A stretch of DNA of 41,338 nucleotides from a virus (taxonomy: Duplodnaviria > Caudoviricetes): positions 1-41,338 of IMG/VR virus record IMGVR_UViG_3300008266_007976. One strand, 5' to 3'. Shown here in pieces: positions 9,801 through 18,625 of this stretch. The notes below the pieces were generated by a model. It did no database searches and was not told the DNA's origin. It saw only the letters and a list, made by a program, of their open reading frames with translations. The first letter of the stretch is position 1; each line of letters starts with the position of its first letter. The position numbers and the translations under genes were made by a program.

Positions 9801-12800
9801 CATCCTGCACGTCCTTGGCAGCTTCGATGCCGGGGGCCACGCCAGTCACCCGTTGCAGGAACGATTCCAGTGGGAACTCTTCGCCCTTGGCGCGGCTTTC
9901 GGCCATGGCGCGGTTGAGCCGGATGGCCTGCTTGATGATCGTCTTGAGCCACTGCACCCGACTCTTGAGGTAATCGAAAACCGACTTGGCCACGCCTTCG
10001 GACTCGGCTGCCTTCAGCTTGGCACGTGTTCCCTTCCGGTATTCCCGTACAATGCGCGGCACGGTGGCGGTGCCGGCCTGTCCGGCGCGGGCCTTTCCGG
10101 TGACGTAAATCTGGGTAAGCAGGGAAAGCGCCTCCTTCACCGCCAGCGAATCCTTCGCGGCGTCGGTTCCGGTGTAGCCGAATAGGTACTGGCCACCTGT
10201 GCGCTTCTCAATCTCCCTAATCTTGGCGGCGAACGTGGCAGTGGTTTCCTCCCCACTCCGCAGCATCGCGGTCGCGTCGGCTTCGACGCGTTCCTCCAGT
10301 ACGGTGTAGGGGGATGCTCCACGGGCCACCTGGACGACGGCTGTGGCCACGCCTTCCCGCACTTCCATCTCGCTCTGTCCTCCCACCATGAGCGTGCGCA
10401 GGTCCACCTTCTTCCCCTTGTTGGCGGCCTCGTAAATCTCCACCCGGTTCTGGAGATTTGTGATGTAGTTCTGCGCGGCGGTGCGCTCCGCCAGCGTGGC
10501 GTCGGGATCGTTGGCGATTGCGGTCTGCTCCTCAATCACCTCGGCCACGCTCATGCTGTCGCGGATTGTCGTCTGGCTGGCTCCGGTCGGCGCGTTGGGC
10601 CGCATGTCGAGGGCTTCGGAAATCTCAGCCAGCGCGGCCACGTTTGCCCAGTCCTGCGCTTCGTCACTGATGCGCTCAATGACATCGGCGGCTTCCTGCG
10701 CGGAAGCGGCTTCGATGGCGCTGCCGTCATTGGCTACCACCGTGAAGCTTCCGTCGCTGTTCCGGCGGACGGCGCGGATTCCCACGGCGTCGGACTGCTC
10801 GGCCAGATCCCGGGCTGCTGCCATTTCCTCGTCGGCAATTGCGCCGGCTGCGGTTTCCTGCCACGCCACGTCCGGTTCGGTGTCGGCGTCCCGCTGCGCG
10901 TAGCCATCGGCCACCGCTTCCATCTTGGCCTGCACGGTCGGGGCGGCCTTCACCGCTTCGATGGCTTCGTCGCTCATGCCCACGGCTTTCATGGCTGCGG
11001 TCGAAGACATAAGTTCCCGGCTGGCTGCGGAGTCCCGGGCCACGTTCACGCCTGCGCCAATGAGGGCGAGTGGTGCCACGGCAAGCAGGGTGCGGAGGTC
11101 GAACATCTCGTAGTTCCGCCAGTCGGCATTCGGCACGTCTTCCTTGAGGCTGGCCAGCAGATCCTGCGCGAGCATCGGCGTGGCGTCCTGTAGCTTCTCA
11201 ATCGTGTACTCGGCTCCGGTGGCCACGGCTCCGTAGATGGCGAACCGGGCGAGCGGGTTCCCGCCGGGTCCGGCCAGTGCGTTCATGGCCTTGTTGAATC
11301 CGGGAAGCTTCCCGATCAGTCCCATCTGCTGAATCTTCTCCAACCCGGCCTGCACGGGTGCGGCAGCCCATGCCAGCACGCCAGCGTCTGCCACCTTCAT
11401 CGTGGGATTGCTGTTGAGCAGGTTGGCAAGGTTCTGGTCTGCGAATGACGCGGCGGTCATGGCCATGCCGGCGTAAGGGATTGCGGTGGTCGCCATGTAG
11501 CCAAGGGATCCGGCCACGTCGTAAACGGCTTGCTCTGCCAGCTTCCCGGCCGCGGTCTTCGCTGAGGTGAGAATCGGGTCGATGACGGACACGGTGGCCT
11601 CCCGCAGCAGGGACCGGGCGATGTCCCGGCGGGCGATGGCCTGCCGCTCCTCGGTAACCAGCGCGGCGGTTTCCGGCGTGGGCGTTCCCATCATTGGCGC
11701 GGTGCTGGTCAGGCTGCTCAAGATGTCCCACGATGCACCGAGTGACCGGGCAATGGGCCGCCGGAATGATGCCACGATCTTGTCCCACATGTCCCGCCCA
11801 TCGGGATCCTTCCGGGTTTCCGCGAGGGCTCGGACTGTCGGCATGACCACGCTCCGCAGCGTCTCGGGGTCCATGTCCTCTAGGGGGGCCATGGCGTCCG
11901 TGATCTGCTTGGTCATGGCGGCAAGCCGCACGACTTCGCCACCGCCCATCATAGATTCAGCGCCTTCACCTTCGGCGCGGGATGCTGCCAGAATGTTCTC
12001 CACCACGCTGCGGACCTTCTCGCGGAGAGGCGCGGCCTTGTCGTCGGCCTGTCCGTAGACGGCGCGGAACTGCTGGAAGAAGTCCTGCTTGTCGGCTGCT
12101 GGCGACCACGCCGGGGATTTGCGGGCGGCCTCCTTCCACTGGGCAAATGCTTCCGCCACCGGGAGTCCGGCGAGTCCGGCACGCCACGCATTGCGGGCAA
12201 GGCTCGCTTCGTTGATCGCTTTGGTTTCGGCGTCCTGCTTGGTATCCACCGGGAACATGAGCGGGCCGTGCATCGATGCCGGCACGTTGGTGGGCAGTTG
12301 CTGCTGGCTGGGTGACGGGTCGCGGCCTGCGATAATCCACCGCAGTTTCTGCCGCTCTCCGGCGGCTTCCCGCAGCTTTCCGGCCACGGCGGCGTCTGAT
12401 CCTCGCGGCGCGGTTTCCCCGAACATCTCGACTGCGAGGGCGTCACGAGCGGCGTCCCGGTCTGCTGCCAGCACGGACGGCGGCTTGTTGGCATCCCATA
12501 CAGAGCCGGAGATATTCACCCGGCGGCTGGCTCGCTCGGCCAGCATGGAGTCGATCAAGAGTGCGTCCTTGGCTGCGGCCTGCTGCTCCGGCGCCGCGGT
12601 CAGGATCGTGTCGAGTTGCAGGCGCTTGGCCTCTCCGTCTGGGTCCAGAGCCAGAGCATCAAGGCGGCTGAGACGCTGACGCTGCGCTTCCAGATCCTTC
12701 TCTCTGGGGGCCGATACCCGAAAAGCGCGGTACTGGTTGACCTGCGCCAACCAGAATGATCGCTCAGATTCCGGCGCGGCGGCGGGCCCGCCCGCTCCCA

Positions 12801-12852
12801 TGATCTGTTCGTATTCATCGTCTGTGAGAATGCCGGGGGGTGTAGGGATCAT
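3835..12852 (-). CDS. Giant internal virion/ejection protein, polyvalent (about 3005 aa)
   Basis: Third gene after the nozzle/GNAT genes, with TGATG coupling at 12850-12854. Helical Ala-rich scaffold with inserted ART-like (~9170-9740) and HhH/DUF7178-like (~7870-9000) modules. Confidence 0.85.
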   Translation of the reverse strand: MIPTPPGILTDDEYEQIMGAGGPAAAPESERSFWLAQVNQYRAFRVSAPREKDLEAQRQRLSRLDALALDPDGEAKRLQLDTILTAAPEQQAAAKDALLIDSMLAERASRRVNISGSVWDANKPPSVLAADRDAARDALAVEMFGETAPRGSDAAVAGKLREAAGERQKLRWIIAGRDPSPSQQQLPTNVPASMHGPLMFPVDTKQDAETKAINEASLARNAWRAGLAGLPVAEAFAQWKEAARKSPAWSPAADKQDFFQQFRAVYGQADDKAAPLREKVRSVVENILAASRAEGEGAESMMGGGEVVRLAAMTKQITDAMAPLEDMDPETLRSVVMPTVRALAETRKDPDGRDMWDKIVASFRRPIARSLGASWDILSSLTSTAPMMGTPTPETAALVTEERQAIARRDIARSLLREATVSVIDPILTSAKTAAGKLAEQAVYDVAGSLGYMATTAIPYAGMAMTAASFADQNLANLLNSNPTMKVADAGVLAWAAAPVQAGLEKIQQMGLIGKLPGFNKAMNALAGPGGNPLARFAIYGAVATGAEYTIEKLQDATPMLAQDLLASLKEDVPNADWRNYEMFDLRTLLAVAPLALIGAGVNVARDSAASRELMSSTAAMKAVGMSDEAIEAVKAAPTVQAKMEAVADGYAQRDADTEPDVAWQETAAGAIADEEMAAARDLAEQSDAVGIRAVRRNSDGSFTVVANDGSAIEAASAQEAADVIERISDEAQDWANVAALAEISEALDMRPNAPTGASQTTIRDSMSVAEVIEEQTAIANDPDATLAERTAAQNYITNLQNRVEIYEAANKGKKVDLRTLMVGGQSEMEVREGVATAVVQVARGASPYTVLEERVEADATAMLRSGEETTATFAAKIREIEKRTGGQYLFGYTGTDAAKDSLAVKEALSLLTQIYVTGKARAGQAGTATVPRIVREYRKGTRAKLKAAESEGVAKSVFDYLKSRVQWLKTIIKQAIRLNRAMAESRAKGEEFPLESFLQRVTGVAPGIEAAKDVQDEADLIYNPREEGDDVWAFNLTEQDARHADLERRAKAGDAAAEQEAQAMVDAVAKSKGMRQAYHSGAEIMEGGIIRAPFFYMTEQRRDAEAHNAGKTTKWFVNLRNPKWVPEHDDRFMDFRGTGYEPDSPELELTESALEFTQFLKSQGYDGIVMPSEMDDPEGPFLYGNNYIAFEPEQIKSADPFTYDEAGNLVPLSQRFDVTRPEISFSLTKVAQISKPTKKDDKFRVGTSKKGTKANPKATTNKDNISFDNIPPKILAAHMAKMNYSHLPKDILAEQDPAKKARKLIDWMKTNLLALHDKFPAELRARATQWYDGANRIAKRLAKQWKLTPQQTAAIMACLSPQKDWFMNVTQAEQVIEIWLSDQGTTVTQDMLDTAGEDIAQAAVLKDSQKAPKQPNETKAQRNARLEENRSRLEALKQERRDLFELAKGKTLAQMVSTPILQAWTVRLLAQYKFGRTYNALTPEGKTMGTFIRDNGNPGTNTWGSTVEILKCISIIKDGSLENISEEVGDMHKVRSFYNNIIAPNSAFGDTTMDTHAVAAAHLMPFGSSAREVEDNFGAAGKSEVYGIAGVYYLYLAAYQEAAAERGILPRQMQSITWEAVRGLYGRDEKGKKLLEQTRAIWQSLPDDEARQQLLARGIERPVWAGPANGGQPSGGPTPLQGGTGQGNDLRAGDGAGTGRASTGAEIEASFSLQPEAMLDNVAANVEARMARSPQARLDMVARARENLTALRDAFLRNRKGAGFVERRSVASLDSEQDIRQALREEELLVQAGVTLASAQDIRRGRADAYRAELANQLEARGIEEKTGQAISREAGVRQTFKRIELVEKVDEDYARSVSQIYRDSGFWDGPVISYLSKKEGGRYKGTLMSYRRAQRYAGKGEYVNPASWDGSHELPRILFSGNGRPDVVAQELFGVMPEVFPSGTTAADVTPDMLWDAISRELAENERLTGIWDDYQTALKATAQEAKEWAEEWVNDYKVALTEARAEAENAADAYVAEATGNNTVAMAAAKQAATETEAWRKRMDQWQRADWDDRAVLTRAMRTLDAVLAAFPAEVRGKVGGWLALARLGTQEAMAKEIERRVEILDKELERTLRADAIKEIRALVDRAMPTRKPGEKPTGKLGAEAHRYFDAVAAVLDLSAADVDARRVALEQELADAATPEEQANVWERQQILDTFGGLDAMKDRVPLHDAADLEAALAQAMQVYQTGRNYWRTIEEARLADVAAKVAGVSAALPAAKTSAILAQGDAAKRIGGMLNGGVLRLRSFREILTILLGKDAPLATEWADRAMAAMHQRTDEMRDMNRRWFAAARKSTGNNRTKTEQELWTLISERTVSAVRRPGRLVEERIPIESIPNLAALGYNAQEIADAEDAFMALSVDMSTARGIAATTGRRLKNMQAGRDSTATFVTITRWEPGTEEEVELTQAEGIYLTMLAAQAQYTRPLEIAGWTAETLAEIEAGLSPLAKDMRAFMADEYRTGYFPLSSLFEGMFGVPLPQIENYAPGKWWSRGAEKAMDPAQAGLVEGGFRAGFLKGRKAHQAAPRLENAFEVFFGHANQTAHWKAMAPLARELRGVFADPDVKQQIVAAHGPEMLAVVNQWMESLEGNGLQIGYSRLYQTMLDWQATTALAWKVGTLLKQSTAALGAAFKIPLREYMSGVGKFIAGRLDVKDIWQSDIIQRRIEGGFSPEVRSAVAKTFLAAPTRRRNFLRAGMELIGYVDAMFTSFSAAIAYDYHLRQAAAKRQALAETERIVTQTAQPVEVTDRSLFEQTGWGKLLLMFGGDSRQKASMWISALAAATKGKATPDDIRVLALSHLVVGPMLQIISSAWMDWRDDDDDQWLDEKNWEAWDFARSILLGPAAGLPLIREIVDDFSGDTGPLAATGKAAADAVAIIKGPPDGEAEAVEWYGKRFTGVMKGLSAFPAVVAGITDQAFRVADNIIETDDETQKRINSLKNKLGREKDPEKQQELRERILGLQSMLK
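7728..7910 (-). CDS. Candidate nested (overprinted) 60-aa helical protein inside the giant gene
   Basis: MTKLDNNSLREELSARYGLDPQMVANLLEAQRRYKAELGKEMTFEQVMALELDAPPPEQR is protein-like, while the host frame here is a Gly-rich low-complexity linker. Confidence 0.55.
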   Translation of the reverse strand: MTKLDNNSLREELSARYGLDPQMVANLLEAQRRYKAELGKEMTFEQVMALELDAPPPEQR

Positions 12853-14888
12853 CAGAGTTTGCGGAATGAGGTGACAGGCGTGTCGTTGTCGGTGCTGGGA
12901 GCCTGCGGGCTGTAGATGTCCCAGCGGCCACGGAGGCGGTTGCTGGTGCGGTCCATCCACCGTCCCCGGTGCGTGCGCCCATCGGAATACGTGAGTTCGA
13001 TCTCGTCACCAGGGCGAACGCCGGCAGCACGCAGTTCCCGTTCTTTGTCCGGACTGACGGCGATGTCACCGGCCTGTAGCTGCATCGGGTGGGAGTCGCC
13101 GCGCTTGGCTGCCTTGATCGCTTCCTGCCCGGAGAACGATCCGATTCCCATTGAGGAATAGGTGTCCGGCGTCTCGTCATTGGGGTAGCCGTAGGAAGTC
13201 ACGCGGCCAGTCGTGCGGGCCTGCGGGCCTGTAGCACCAACGGCTCCTTGTGCGCCACTGGGAAATAGCGTGGAATCCGGAGCCTCTCCAGTGTCCTGCA
13301 TTCCCTGTGCCCGCTCAAGGCGTCCGCGGATGTTGAACCATGTGGCAGGAGTGGGCTGCCCAACGCTGACGGCAGAGGTCGTGTCGAGGATTTTGGCTGC
13401 GTCCGTTTCACGGATGATGGTTCCGGAAATGCTCTGGATCTGCTCGCGAACCTGCTGCGGTGTGGCGTTCGGGTTGGACTGGAGCCACCGATCCATCTCA
13501 ATTTCCAGATTGGCGCGGCGGAGCTGGGCGTCTGCCTGCTTGGCGGTGTCGATCCTTTCCTGCTTCGTGACCGGGTCCACGCTGCGGAAGGCTCCGAGTT
13601 GGCCGTTTTCGTACAGGGCTTTGACCTGCTCGGTCTTGTAGGCTTCCACCACGTCACCGACAACGGGGGCGCGGGCGTTCCATTTGTCGTTCAGTGGTCC
13701 GGTGATTTTGCCACGTAGTGTTTCCGGCAGCGTCTGCGTGGCTGCCATGATTTCCACGTAGCGGTCGCGGGCTTCCTGCGCACCGGGGCCGCCCATGCGC
13801 TCAAGGTCGTAGGCGTCCACTGCGTCCAGCATTTTCCCGAACCGGGCCGTGATGGCTTCCGGCGTGTTGTAATCCGCCTTGGCCCGCTCGGCTGCCATCT
13901 GGTCGAAGGCTCCAAGGAACTTGGCGCGGTCGGCTGGACGCAGGCCATTGGGCAGCGCGGCCTCCAGCCCGGCGCGGGTCTGCTCCGCGATCGGCTTCGA
14001 GGTGAATCCAGAAAACACGTCGGCGGCATCATTCATGCGGCGTGCCCGCACGCTGTTTACAATCTGCTGCGCGGTGGAAACGTCGCTCAGAGTCTTTCCG
14101 CTCCGCCACTGCTCGGACTGAATCTCCTGCTCCGTCGCGTCTGGGTCGGCCTCGGCCTTGGCCAGCAATGCCATCTGCGCCTGTTGCTCGGCGGTTGCTT
14201 TGGCCTCCCGTTCTGCCTGCTCCTTGGCGTTAATTACCAATCCCTGTACCTTTGGTAGTTCGGTGGCTGGCAGCAGGTTGGAAGCGATTCCCTGCTGCGC
14301 CAGCGTCTCCGCGGTTCCCCAGTCGCGATTATTGATGGCCGTCATGATCTGCGCGGACACGGCGTCGGCGGCGCGGGTGTGGCTGGTCCGGATGCTGTCA
14401 ATGCGTGCCGCGGCCACCTTCCGGGTTTGCCATTGTGTGATCCGGTCGGTGATGGCTTCCCGGGCCGCCGGGGAAAGCGGGTTCTTCGCGGGGTCGAGAA
14501 TCGTGCTGGCTGCCTTGGCTGCGATGCGTTCCGCGATGGCCGGCCATTTGGTTTCGTCCAGTTCGGACTGCTTGGCCACGTCCAGTTCGGCGTCGAACTG
14601 CTCAAGCGCCGTCACGGCATCATGCTCCTTCCGCAGGTTAATCATGTCCTGCTGCGCCTTCTCGGCTTGGAAGAGGGCGTCACCGGTGCGCTCAATGGCT
14701 CCGCCGATGCGGCCAATGGCGGCGGCCTGTGCCACAAAACCGCGCTCATCGATCTCCACCGGGCGCTGCGCTCGCATCGATGGGGCGAGGTCGATGCTGA
14801 ATCCTCTGGTGTCCGGCGTGGCCGGGAGGGCAGGAGCGCGGGCCGGAACCAGCGGCGTGCTGTCCATGATTCGTGGGATGCGTGCCAT
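12852..14888 (-). CDS. Internal virion/ejection protein with C-terminal 3D/DPBB (RlpA/MltA-like) lytic transglycosylase domain (678 aa)
   Basis: Helical body. The C-terminus VTSYGY...DIAVSPD...GDEIEL...WMDRT...RWDIY matches the 3D/DPBB pattern. Confidence 0.75.
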   Translation of the reverse strand: MARIPRIMDSTPLVPARAPALPATPDTRGFSIDLAPSMRAQRPVEIDERGFVAQAAAIGRIGGAIERTGDALFQAEKAQQDMINLRKEHDAVTALEQFDAELDVAKQSELDETKWPAIAERIAAKAASTILDPAKNPLSPAAREAITDRITQWQTRKVAAARIDSIRTSHTRAADAVSAQIMTAINNRDWGTAETLAQQGIASNLLPATELPKVQGLVINAKEQAEREAKATAEQQAQMALLAKAEADPDATEQEIQSEQWRSGKTLSDVSTAQQIVNSVRARRMNDAADVFSGFTSKPIAEQTRAGLEAALPNGLRPADRAKFLGAFDQMAAERAKADYNTPEAITARFGKMLDAVDAYDLERMGGPGAQEARDRYVEIMAATQTLPETLRGKITGPLNDKWNARAPVVGDVVEAYKTEQVKALYENGQLGAFRSVDPVTKQERIDTAKQADAQLRRANLEIEMDRWLQSNPNATPQQVREQIQSISGTIIRETDAAKILDTTSAVSVGQPTPATWFNIRGRLERAQGMQDTGEAPDSTLFPSGAQGAVGATGPQARTTGRVTSYGYPNDETPDTYSSMGIGSFSGQEAIKAAKRGDSHPMQLQAGDIAVSPDKERELRAAGVRPGDEIELTYSDGRTHRGRWMDRTSNRLRGRWDIYSPQAPSTDNDTPVTSFRKL

Positions 14889-15589
14889 CAGAGTCTCGGG
14901 GTGGTGATCTGTTTCAACTGACTGCGGCGGGTGCCGTACTGCATCGCGCCTTCGAGCAATGTGCCGGCGGCTCCAAACATCTGCCCGGTGCTGGCGGCGC
15001 GGCTGCCACGGTAATCAATGGACGCCTGCGCCAGTCCGGTGGCCACCTGCTGCTTGGCTGCCATGCCTGCAAGGATGGCGCTTCCCCGGTTCAGTCCGGC
15101 GACTCGGCTCTGGTAATCCAGTCCGGAGGCTCGCGTAAACCGGGCGCGGCGGTTCATTTCGTCGGCAGCGCGTGCGTTGGCTTCGCTGAATGCCTGATCC
15201 TCGGCAGACCGCAGCAGCAGTTCCAGAGGGCTTCCGGTAGTGTCCACCACGCCACGGGCGGCAATGGCTGCGCGTTGCTCCGCGAGGGCGCGGCTGAAGT
15301 CCTCCCGCTGCCTGCGGATGTTTTCCTGCGCGGCGCGGCTTTCGTACTCGGCTGCGTTCCGCTCGTTCTGGGCGTCAATGGCCAGCGCCTGCGCGGACTG
15401 CTGCGCGGAAATCTCCTGCATGCGGGACTGCATGAGGGCGATGGCTCCCTGCTGCCGGATGGCCTGCTGCTGACTGAGCAGGTTCGTGCGGGCCAGCGCG
15501 TCCTGCTCGCGTCCGGCTCGGATCTGGGAGTAAGCGGAAACGCCAGCCCCGGCGAGTCCGATCAAGGGTGCGGCTGCGGCGAGAAACAT
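14888..15589 (-). CDS. Small internal virion/ejection protein, T7 gp14-like position (233 aa)
   Basis: Hydrophobic Gly/Ala N-terminus, Gln/Ala coiled coil and the AARGVVDTTGSPL motif; synteny. Confidence 0.75.
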   Translation of the reverse strand: MFLAAAAPLIGLAGAGVSAYSQIRAGREQDALARTNLLSQQQAIRQQGAIALMQSRMQEISAQQSAQALAIDAQNERNAAEYESRAAQENIRRQREDFSRALAEQRAAIAARGVVDTTGSPLELLLRSAEDQAFSEANARAADEMNRRARFTRASGLDYQSRVAGLNRGSAILAGMAAKQQVATGLAQASIDYRGSRAASTGQMFGAAGTLLEGAMQYGTRRSQLKQITTPRL

Positions 15590-15969
15590 ACGGCTGTGGC
15601 GTAAAGCGGCACTGGTTCCATCCAACCCCGCTTGTGAAGGTGTTGCGCAATTGTGTGGGTGGTGTGCGCCTGCGCGGCCACGCACCCCATGGTTTCTGCG
15701 ACTGCAAGACAGACCGCCATGAGTTGGTCGAACGCGGCAGCGGCCTCGGCGTAGGAAAGTCCCGGGCGGGTCACGGCATGGTCGAGGAACGCCACCGGGG
15801 CGCCCTGCGCCATGTACAGGGCCAGCGCGGCGACCGGGCCGGCGGCGTCGTGCATGACGTAGGTGGTGCGCGGAAGGACGGCGGCATTCAGTTCCCGGCC
15901 ACGTTCCTGATACCAATGGCACAGGAATGGCACGTCATCGGGCTGGAGAATGCGGGGGCCGTCAATCAT
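15562..15969 (-). CDS. GNAT-fold protein, T7 gp13-like position
   Basis: LPRTTYVM...VAALALY...AFLDHAVTRPG pattern; lies between the nozzle and the ejection proteins. Confidence 0.6.
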   Translation of the reverse strand: MIDGPRILQPDDVPFLCHWYQERGRELNAAVLPRTTYVMHDAAGPVAALALYMAQGAPVAFLDHAVTRPGLSYAEAAAAFDQLMAVCLAVAETMGCVAAQAHTTHTIAQHLHKRGWMEPVPLYATAVCFSPQPHP

Positions 15970-18232
15970 AGGCGGTGGTCTGGGTCGCGATGGCGAGGAC
16001 GTTCATTGGTCCCGGGCCGGAAGTCCGGAGCGTCACGTCGAGGTTGTCGCGGTGATTGGACTGAAAGGCCAGTTCGTCCGTTTTGCCAGTGAAGAGTGGG
16101 GGCGCTTCGTCCATCAGGTCATCCCCGGAGCGGGTCTTGATGGGATACCATGGGCCTTCGGGGCCGTCCGCGTATTCCATCGGCCCGGTCTGCCAGAGGA
16201 TCAGCCGCATCTCGGCGGTGCGCCATTTCCTTCCGGCGCTGGTTCCGGTCTGGGTGACAACGTCGAACGTGTACGGCTGGAGGGTCGAGGTGTAAGGCAA
16301 TCCCACGATGAGGGTGCTGGCTGCCAGTTGCAGCGCGATGGATCCGGCTACCACGCGGCGAGCCGGCTGCACGGCTCCATCCGCCCACACGGCGACCTCG
16401 CGGCCTTCGAGGTGGGCAAGATTCCCCCAGGTGGCGGTTGGCGTGGCGCTGGTCTGAATGGTGGCGGCGTCAAGGTGGCACAGGGTTGGCGTGGTTCCGG
16501 CCTGCATCTTCACCCAGTGGTCGGGGTCAAACCGTTCCACCCGGCGGGTCGGGCCTGCGTCGGTGGTGCGCTGCACAATCATCCACACCTCGTCCGCGAT
16601 GTCTTCTCCGGGGAGAACCGCCACGCTCTCGACCAGTCCATCCGTCGAATGCTGCGCCCATGCGATGACCTCGGCCTCGCGCAGGTATGTGCAGGAAAGC
16701 AGCCGGCCGTCACTGGTGGCTCCCCAGATTGTGGGGTCGGGAGCGGAGGCGAATGCCAACTGCGTGATTCCGCCGGAAACGGTCATGTGGTCGGCCAGTT
16801 CCGTCAGGTCGAGTGCCTTGTAGTTGGATTCCTCAAAGGCATAGACGTATTCCCGGACCTTCCGCCCCCCGCGCTGGACAAACAACACGACACTGCCAAC
16901 CAGTTGCGCCTGCTGCCGTGCGCTTCCGAACCCGGTCTTCCGCTTGGCGACGGGCGGGTTGGCCTGCGTGATAACTCCTCCGGCGGCATCCAGCAGCCAC
17001 TCGTCTCCCTCGGTGCCGACAATCAACCCATCCACACTGGCCATCCACGCGATGGGGTTGGCCTCCTGCGCGGCAATCGTGACCGAGTAAGCGGCGTCCT
17101 CGGCGTCGATGGTCTGGAAGTTGTTCCAGTCATTGATGGCGCTTCCCCAGATGGTCTGCGGTTGCGCGGCGGTTCCGGCAAACGTGAGACGCTGCTGGTG
17201 GAGGGCAATGGCGGATGGGTATCCCCTGCGCACGCTCCACGCTCCCTCCCGCCAGCGGGCGGTGGCCGTGCTGGCGAACGGCTCGGAAATCACGGTGACG
17301 GCGCACTGGGTGGCGCTGGTTACGCTGTCCACGCGGACAAGGCCGTGGAGTTCCACGTCCACTGGTTCGATGATTGCCCTGGGCGAGACTGTACCGAATC
17401 CGCTTCCGGTGTACCGCAAACGAACCTTCGTGAGCCGCTCAAAGCGACCGTTGGCTGTGACGTTCCGGTCTTTGGTGGAAGTGTAGCTGCGCAGCACCTG
17501 CCACTGGTTGTCCTCGTCGAGGGTTTCCACGTAGAGCGTTCCTGACCAGTCTCCGGTCGTGTAGAGATCCCACGCCCCGAGAATCTGAAGTGTGCCGTCT
17601 GTCTGTCCGTTGGCGGTCAGCACAAGGGCGGTGCTGGTCGTCTCGCGGGCGTGCGTGATCTGGTAGTAGGCACCAACGTCCCCGGCGGTAAACCAGTTTG
17701 CGGATGCGATCAGCTGGGCGGGTGTTGCGCCGGCTGCGGGCTGCACGCGCATGGTCAGGCTGGTGACGTTCTCGTCCCGCGTCGCTGGCCACCGCCATGC
17801 GAATGGCGCAAAGGTCCATGATGCGTCCGTGATCCGGCGCAATTCATGCACCGGGAGTTCCGGGTGGACGAAAAAGACGAGGTCATTGACCTGCGTGAAC
17901 TGCACGGTGGCGGCCTGTTCCTCGGCCCATGGCGCGGCAAGCTCCACGTCCAGCCGGACACCGTCCTTCCACACACGGAGATACTGGTGCCCGAGTTCGA
18001 GCATGTACCTGTCGGTGGCGGATGCGGCAAATGGAATGAGGCGGGCGCGGCGGTCTGGGAACTTGGCGGGTCCAAGGTGCATCATGCCCGGTCGGCGGCG
18101 TGTTCCTCCAAGCGGACGCGGCACGGTGTTCCGCAGCAGGCGTGCGCCCTTCCGCAGCTTCTCAAGGTCGTAGCGGCCTGCAAGCTCCGGCGTCAGTTCG
18201 CCGGCGTTCCACGCATTGGTCAGCAGGTTCAT
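15962..18232 (-). CDS. Tail tubular protein B / nozzle (756 aa)
   Basis: NAWNAGELTPELAGRYD, GGTRRRPG, GYPSAIALHQQRLTFAG, VIAWAQH and IVGLPY motifs. Confidence 0.9.
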   Translation of the reverse strand: MNLLTNAWNAGELTPELAGRYDLEKLRKGARLLRNTVPRPLGGTRRRPGMMHLGPAKFPDRRARLIPFAASATDRYMLELGHQYLRVWKDGVRLDVELAAPWAEEQAATVQFTQVNDLVFFVHPELPVHELRRITDASWTFAPFAWRWPATRDENVTSLTMRVQPAAGATPAQLIASANWFTAGDVGAYYQITHARETTSTALVLTANGQTDGTLQILGAWDLYTTGDWSGTLYVETLDEDNQWQVLRSYTSTKDRNVTANGRFERLTKVRLRYTGSGFGTVSPRAIIEPVDVELHGLVRVDSVTSATQCAVTVISEPFASTATARWREGAWSVRRGYPSAIALHQQRLTFAGTAAQPQTIWGSAINDWNNFQTIDAEDAAYSVTIAAQEANPIAWMASVDGLIVGTEGDEWLLDAAGGVITQANPPVAKRKTGFGSARQQAQLVGSVVLFVQRGGRKVREYVYAFEESNYKALDLTELADHMTVSGGITQLAFASAPDPTIWGATSDGRLLSCTYLREAEVIAWAQHSTDGLVESVAVLPGEDIADEVWMIVQRTTDAGPTRRVERFDPDHWVKMQAGTTPTLCHLDAATIQTSATPTATWGNLAHLEGREVAVWADGAVQPARRVVAGSIALQLAASTLIVGLPYTSTLQPYTFDVVTQTGTSAGRKWRTAEMRLILWQTGPMEYADGPEGPWYPIKTRSGDDLMDEAPPLFTGKTDELAFQSNHRDNLDVTLRTSGPGPMNVLAIATQTTAYD

Positions 18233-18624
18233 AGAGTCGCCGCTTGAATGAACGCCTCGTCCATTTCGGCACTGGTCATTCCGAGTGCTTGCCCGATCAT
18301 AAGGACCATCGGGTGAGTCCGCGGAATTGTAAGCGTGTAGTCCCAGCGCTGTTTCGCCTCCGCCCGCTGCATCTGGTCGGGGATCTCATCGATGAGTGCA
18401 TCCACCTGGTCGAGCTTGCCAGCGTAGAGCAGCCAAGTGCGGAGCTGCACGGGCAGCAGTGCGTCAGGCACAGTCGGAACCCGTGTCGCATACGTGTAGC
18501 CCGCAGCGATTGCAGCCGACAGCAGCATGATGGTCGCCCCATCTGGTGGAGTCCATGGCGTGATGCCGTCCCACCGGATTACGTTAGTGATCTGCCCGCC
18601 TATGATTTCCGCGTAATTGTCCAT
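18229..18624 (-). CDS. Putative tail fibre assembly chaperone (131 aa)
   Basis: Follows the fibre gene. Motifs YAEIIGGQITNVIRWDG, QLRTWL, W-x-Y...R-x-HP and MDEAFIQAATL. Confidence 0.7.
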   Translation of the reverse strand: MDNYAEIIGGQITNVIRWDGITPWTPPDGATIMLLSAAIAAGYTYATRVPTVPDALLPVQLRTWLLYAGKLDQVDALIDEIPDQMQRAEAKQRWDYTLTIPRTHPMVLMIGQALGMTSAEMDEAFIQAATL

Positions 18625-18625
18625 C

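Noticed and set aside
7834-10185. 783-aa plus-strand ORF (also 15950-17545, 20006-21715, 23992-25584 and similar)
   Set aside because: These are antisense shadows of GC-rich minus-strand genes, with no recognisable motifs and biased composition.
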